From positions 8,569-72,568 of the forward strand of contig JBBDYH010000123.1 in NCBI GenBank assembly GCA_040901795.1: a DNA stretch of 64,000 nucleotides, read 5' to 3'. This document shows positions 63,854 through 64,000 of the stretch, piece after piece. The first letter of the stretch is position 1. Every line of letters starts with the position of its first letter. A program made the translations under genes and the position numbers. Origin of the DNA: Pirellulales bacterium. Its GTDB lineage: Bacteria > Planctomycetota > Planctomycetia > Pirellulales > JALHPA01. The notes under the pieces were generated by a model. The model saw only the letters and a program-made list of their open reading frames with translations. It was not told the DNA's origin and did not search any database.

Positions 63854-64000
63854 GGTATCCCTCCAGTTCTCGCCGCAAGCGAATCAGTCCGCGCGACCAA
63901 AACTTCTTCACGCTGTCGGTCGAGCGCCCCAGCCGCTGCGCGATCTCCGGAAAGCCAAGGCCTTCCAAATGCCGCAGCACCAGCACCTCGCGATAGTGCT
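63846..64000 (-). CDS. 3' end of an ECF (sigma-70 family) sigma factor; continues right of the window
   Basis: Reverse translation gives HYREVLVLRHLEGLGFPEIAQRLGRSTDSVKKFWSRGLIRLRRELEGYHE* (region 4 HTH). Stop TGA 63846-63848 overlaps the kinase ATG 63851-63853 (ATGAATGA). Confidence 0.85.
   Translation of the reverse strand, partial: HYREVLVLRHLEGLGFPEIAQRLGRSTDSVKKFWSRGLIRLRRELEGYHE

Noticed and set aside
1-64000. Search by eye for tRNA/rRNA genes, transposases, integrases, DnaA-box clusters and a dif site
   Set aside because: No T-loop GGTTCGAAT-type motifs in a cloverleaf context, no rRNA-like stretches, no DDE/HUH/tyrosine-recombinase ORFs and no TTATCCACA clusters were noticed. A covariance-model scan would be needed to be certain.

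Overview
High-GC chromosomal segment that looks planctomycetal (Pirellulales-like). This is inferred from prepilin-leader DUF1559 proteins, PEP-CTERM/dockerin/HAF secreted proteins, an ECF sigma factor coupled to a TPR Ser/Thr kinase, an LExRxLLA-type N-terminus, giant multidomain ORFs and characteristic intergenic palindromes. I call about 44 protein-coding genes. They include: addB-addA, a CCA/poly(A)-polymerase-family enzyme, an Ada/Ogt-like fusion plus two DinB proteins, and a 1749-aa membrane-anchored caspase+vWA protein. Next come a Wza-like exporter, a GntR-ABC-giant permease operon, an aldolase/epimerase pair, and scattered flagellar genes with a PilZ protein and glgC. Then vapBC, a SurA-like PPIase, an M28 peptidase, and a VTC-DUF4956-HlyD-orphan ABC ATPase operon. 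Finally a deoxyhypusine-synthase homologue, a di-haem DUF1111 protein, an expanded Tex, a LOG-family protein, and an ECF sigma -> Ser/Thr kinase -> SBBP -> trypsin-like protease -> HAF/dockerin string. By eye I found no rRNA, tRNA, CRISPR array, transposase or integrase. The strongest signal not explained by genes is the density of short palindromic repeats. There are at least nine sequence families, several with a GTAG head plus hairpin (the REP/BIME hallmark). One is a 23-nt unit present at nine loci. Copies sit in frame inside addA and inside the kinase catalytic domain, and two copies supply stop codons. The best candidates for an undescribed system are the VTC-DUF4956-HlyD-ATPase operon, the caspase-vWA giant, and the repeat families themselves. 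All family assignments come from motif recognition only; no searches or computations were run. Long antisense ORFs in the track are treated as high-GC artefacts.
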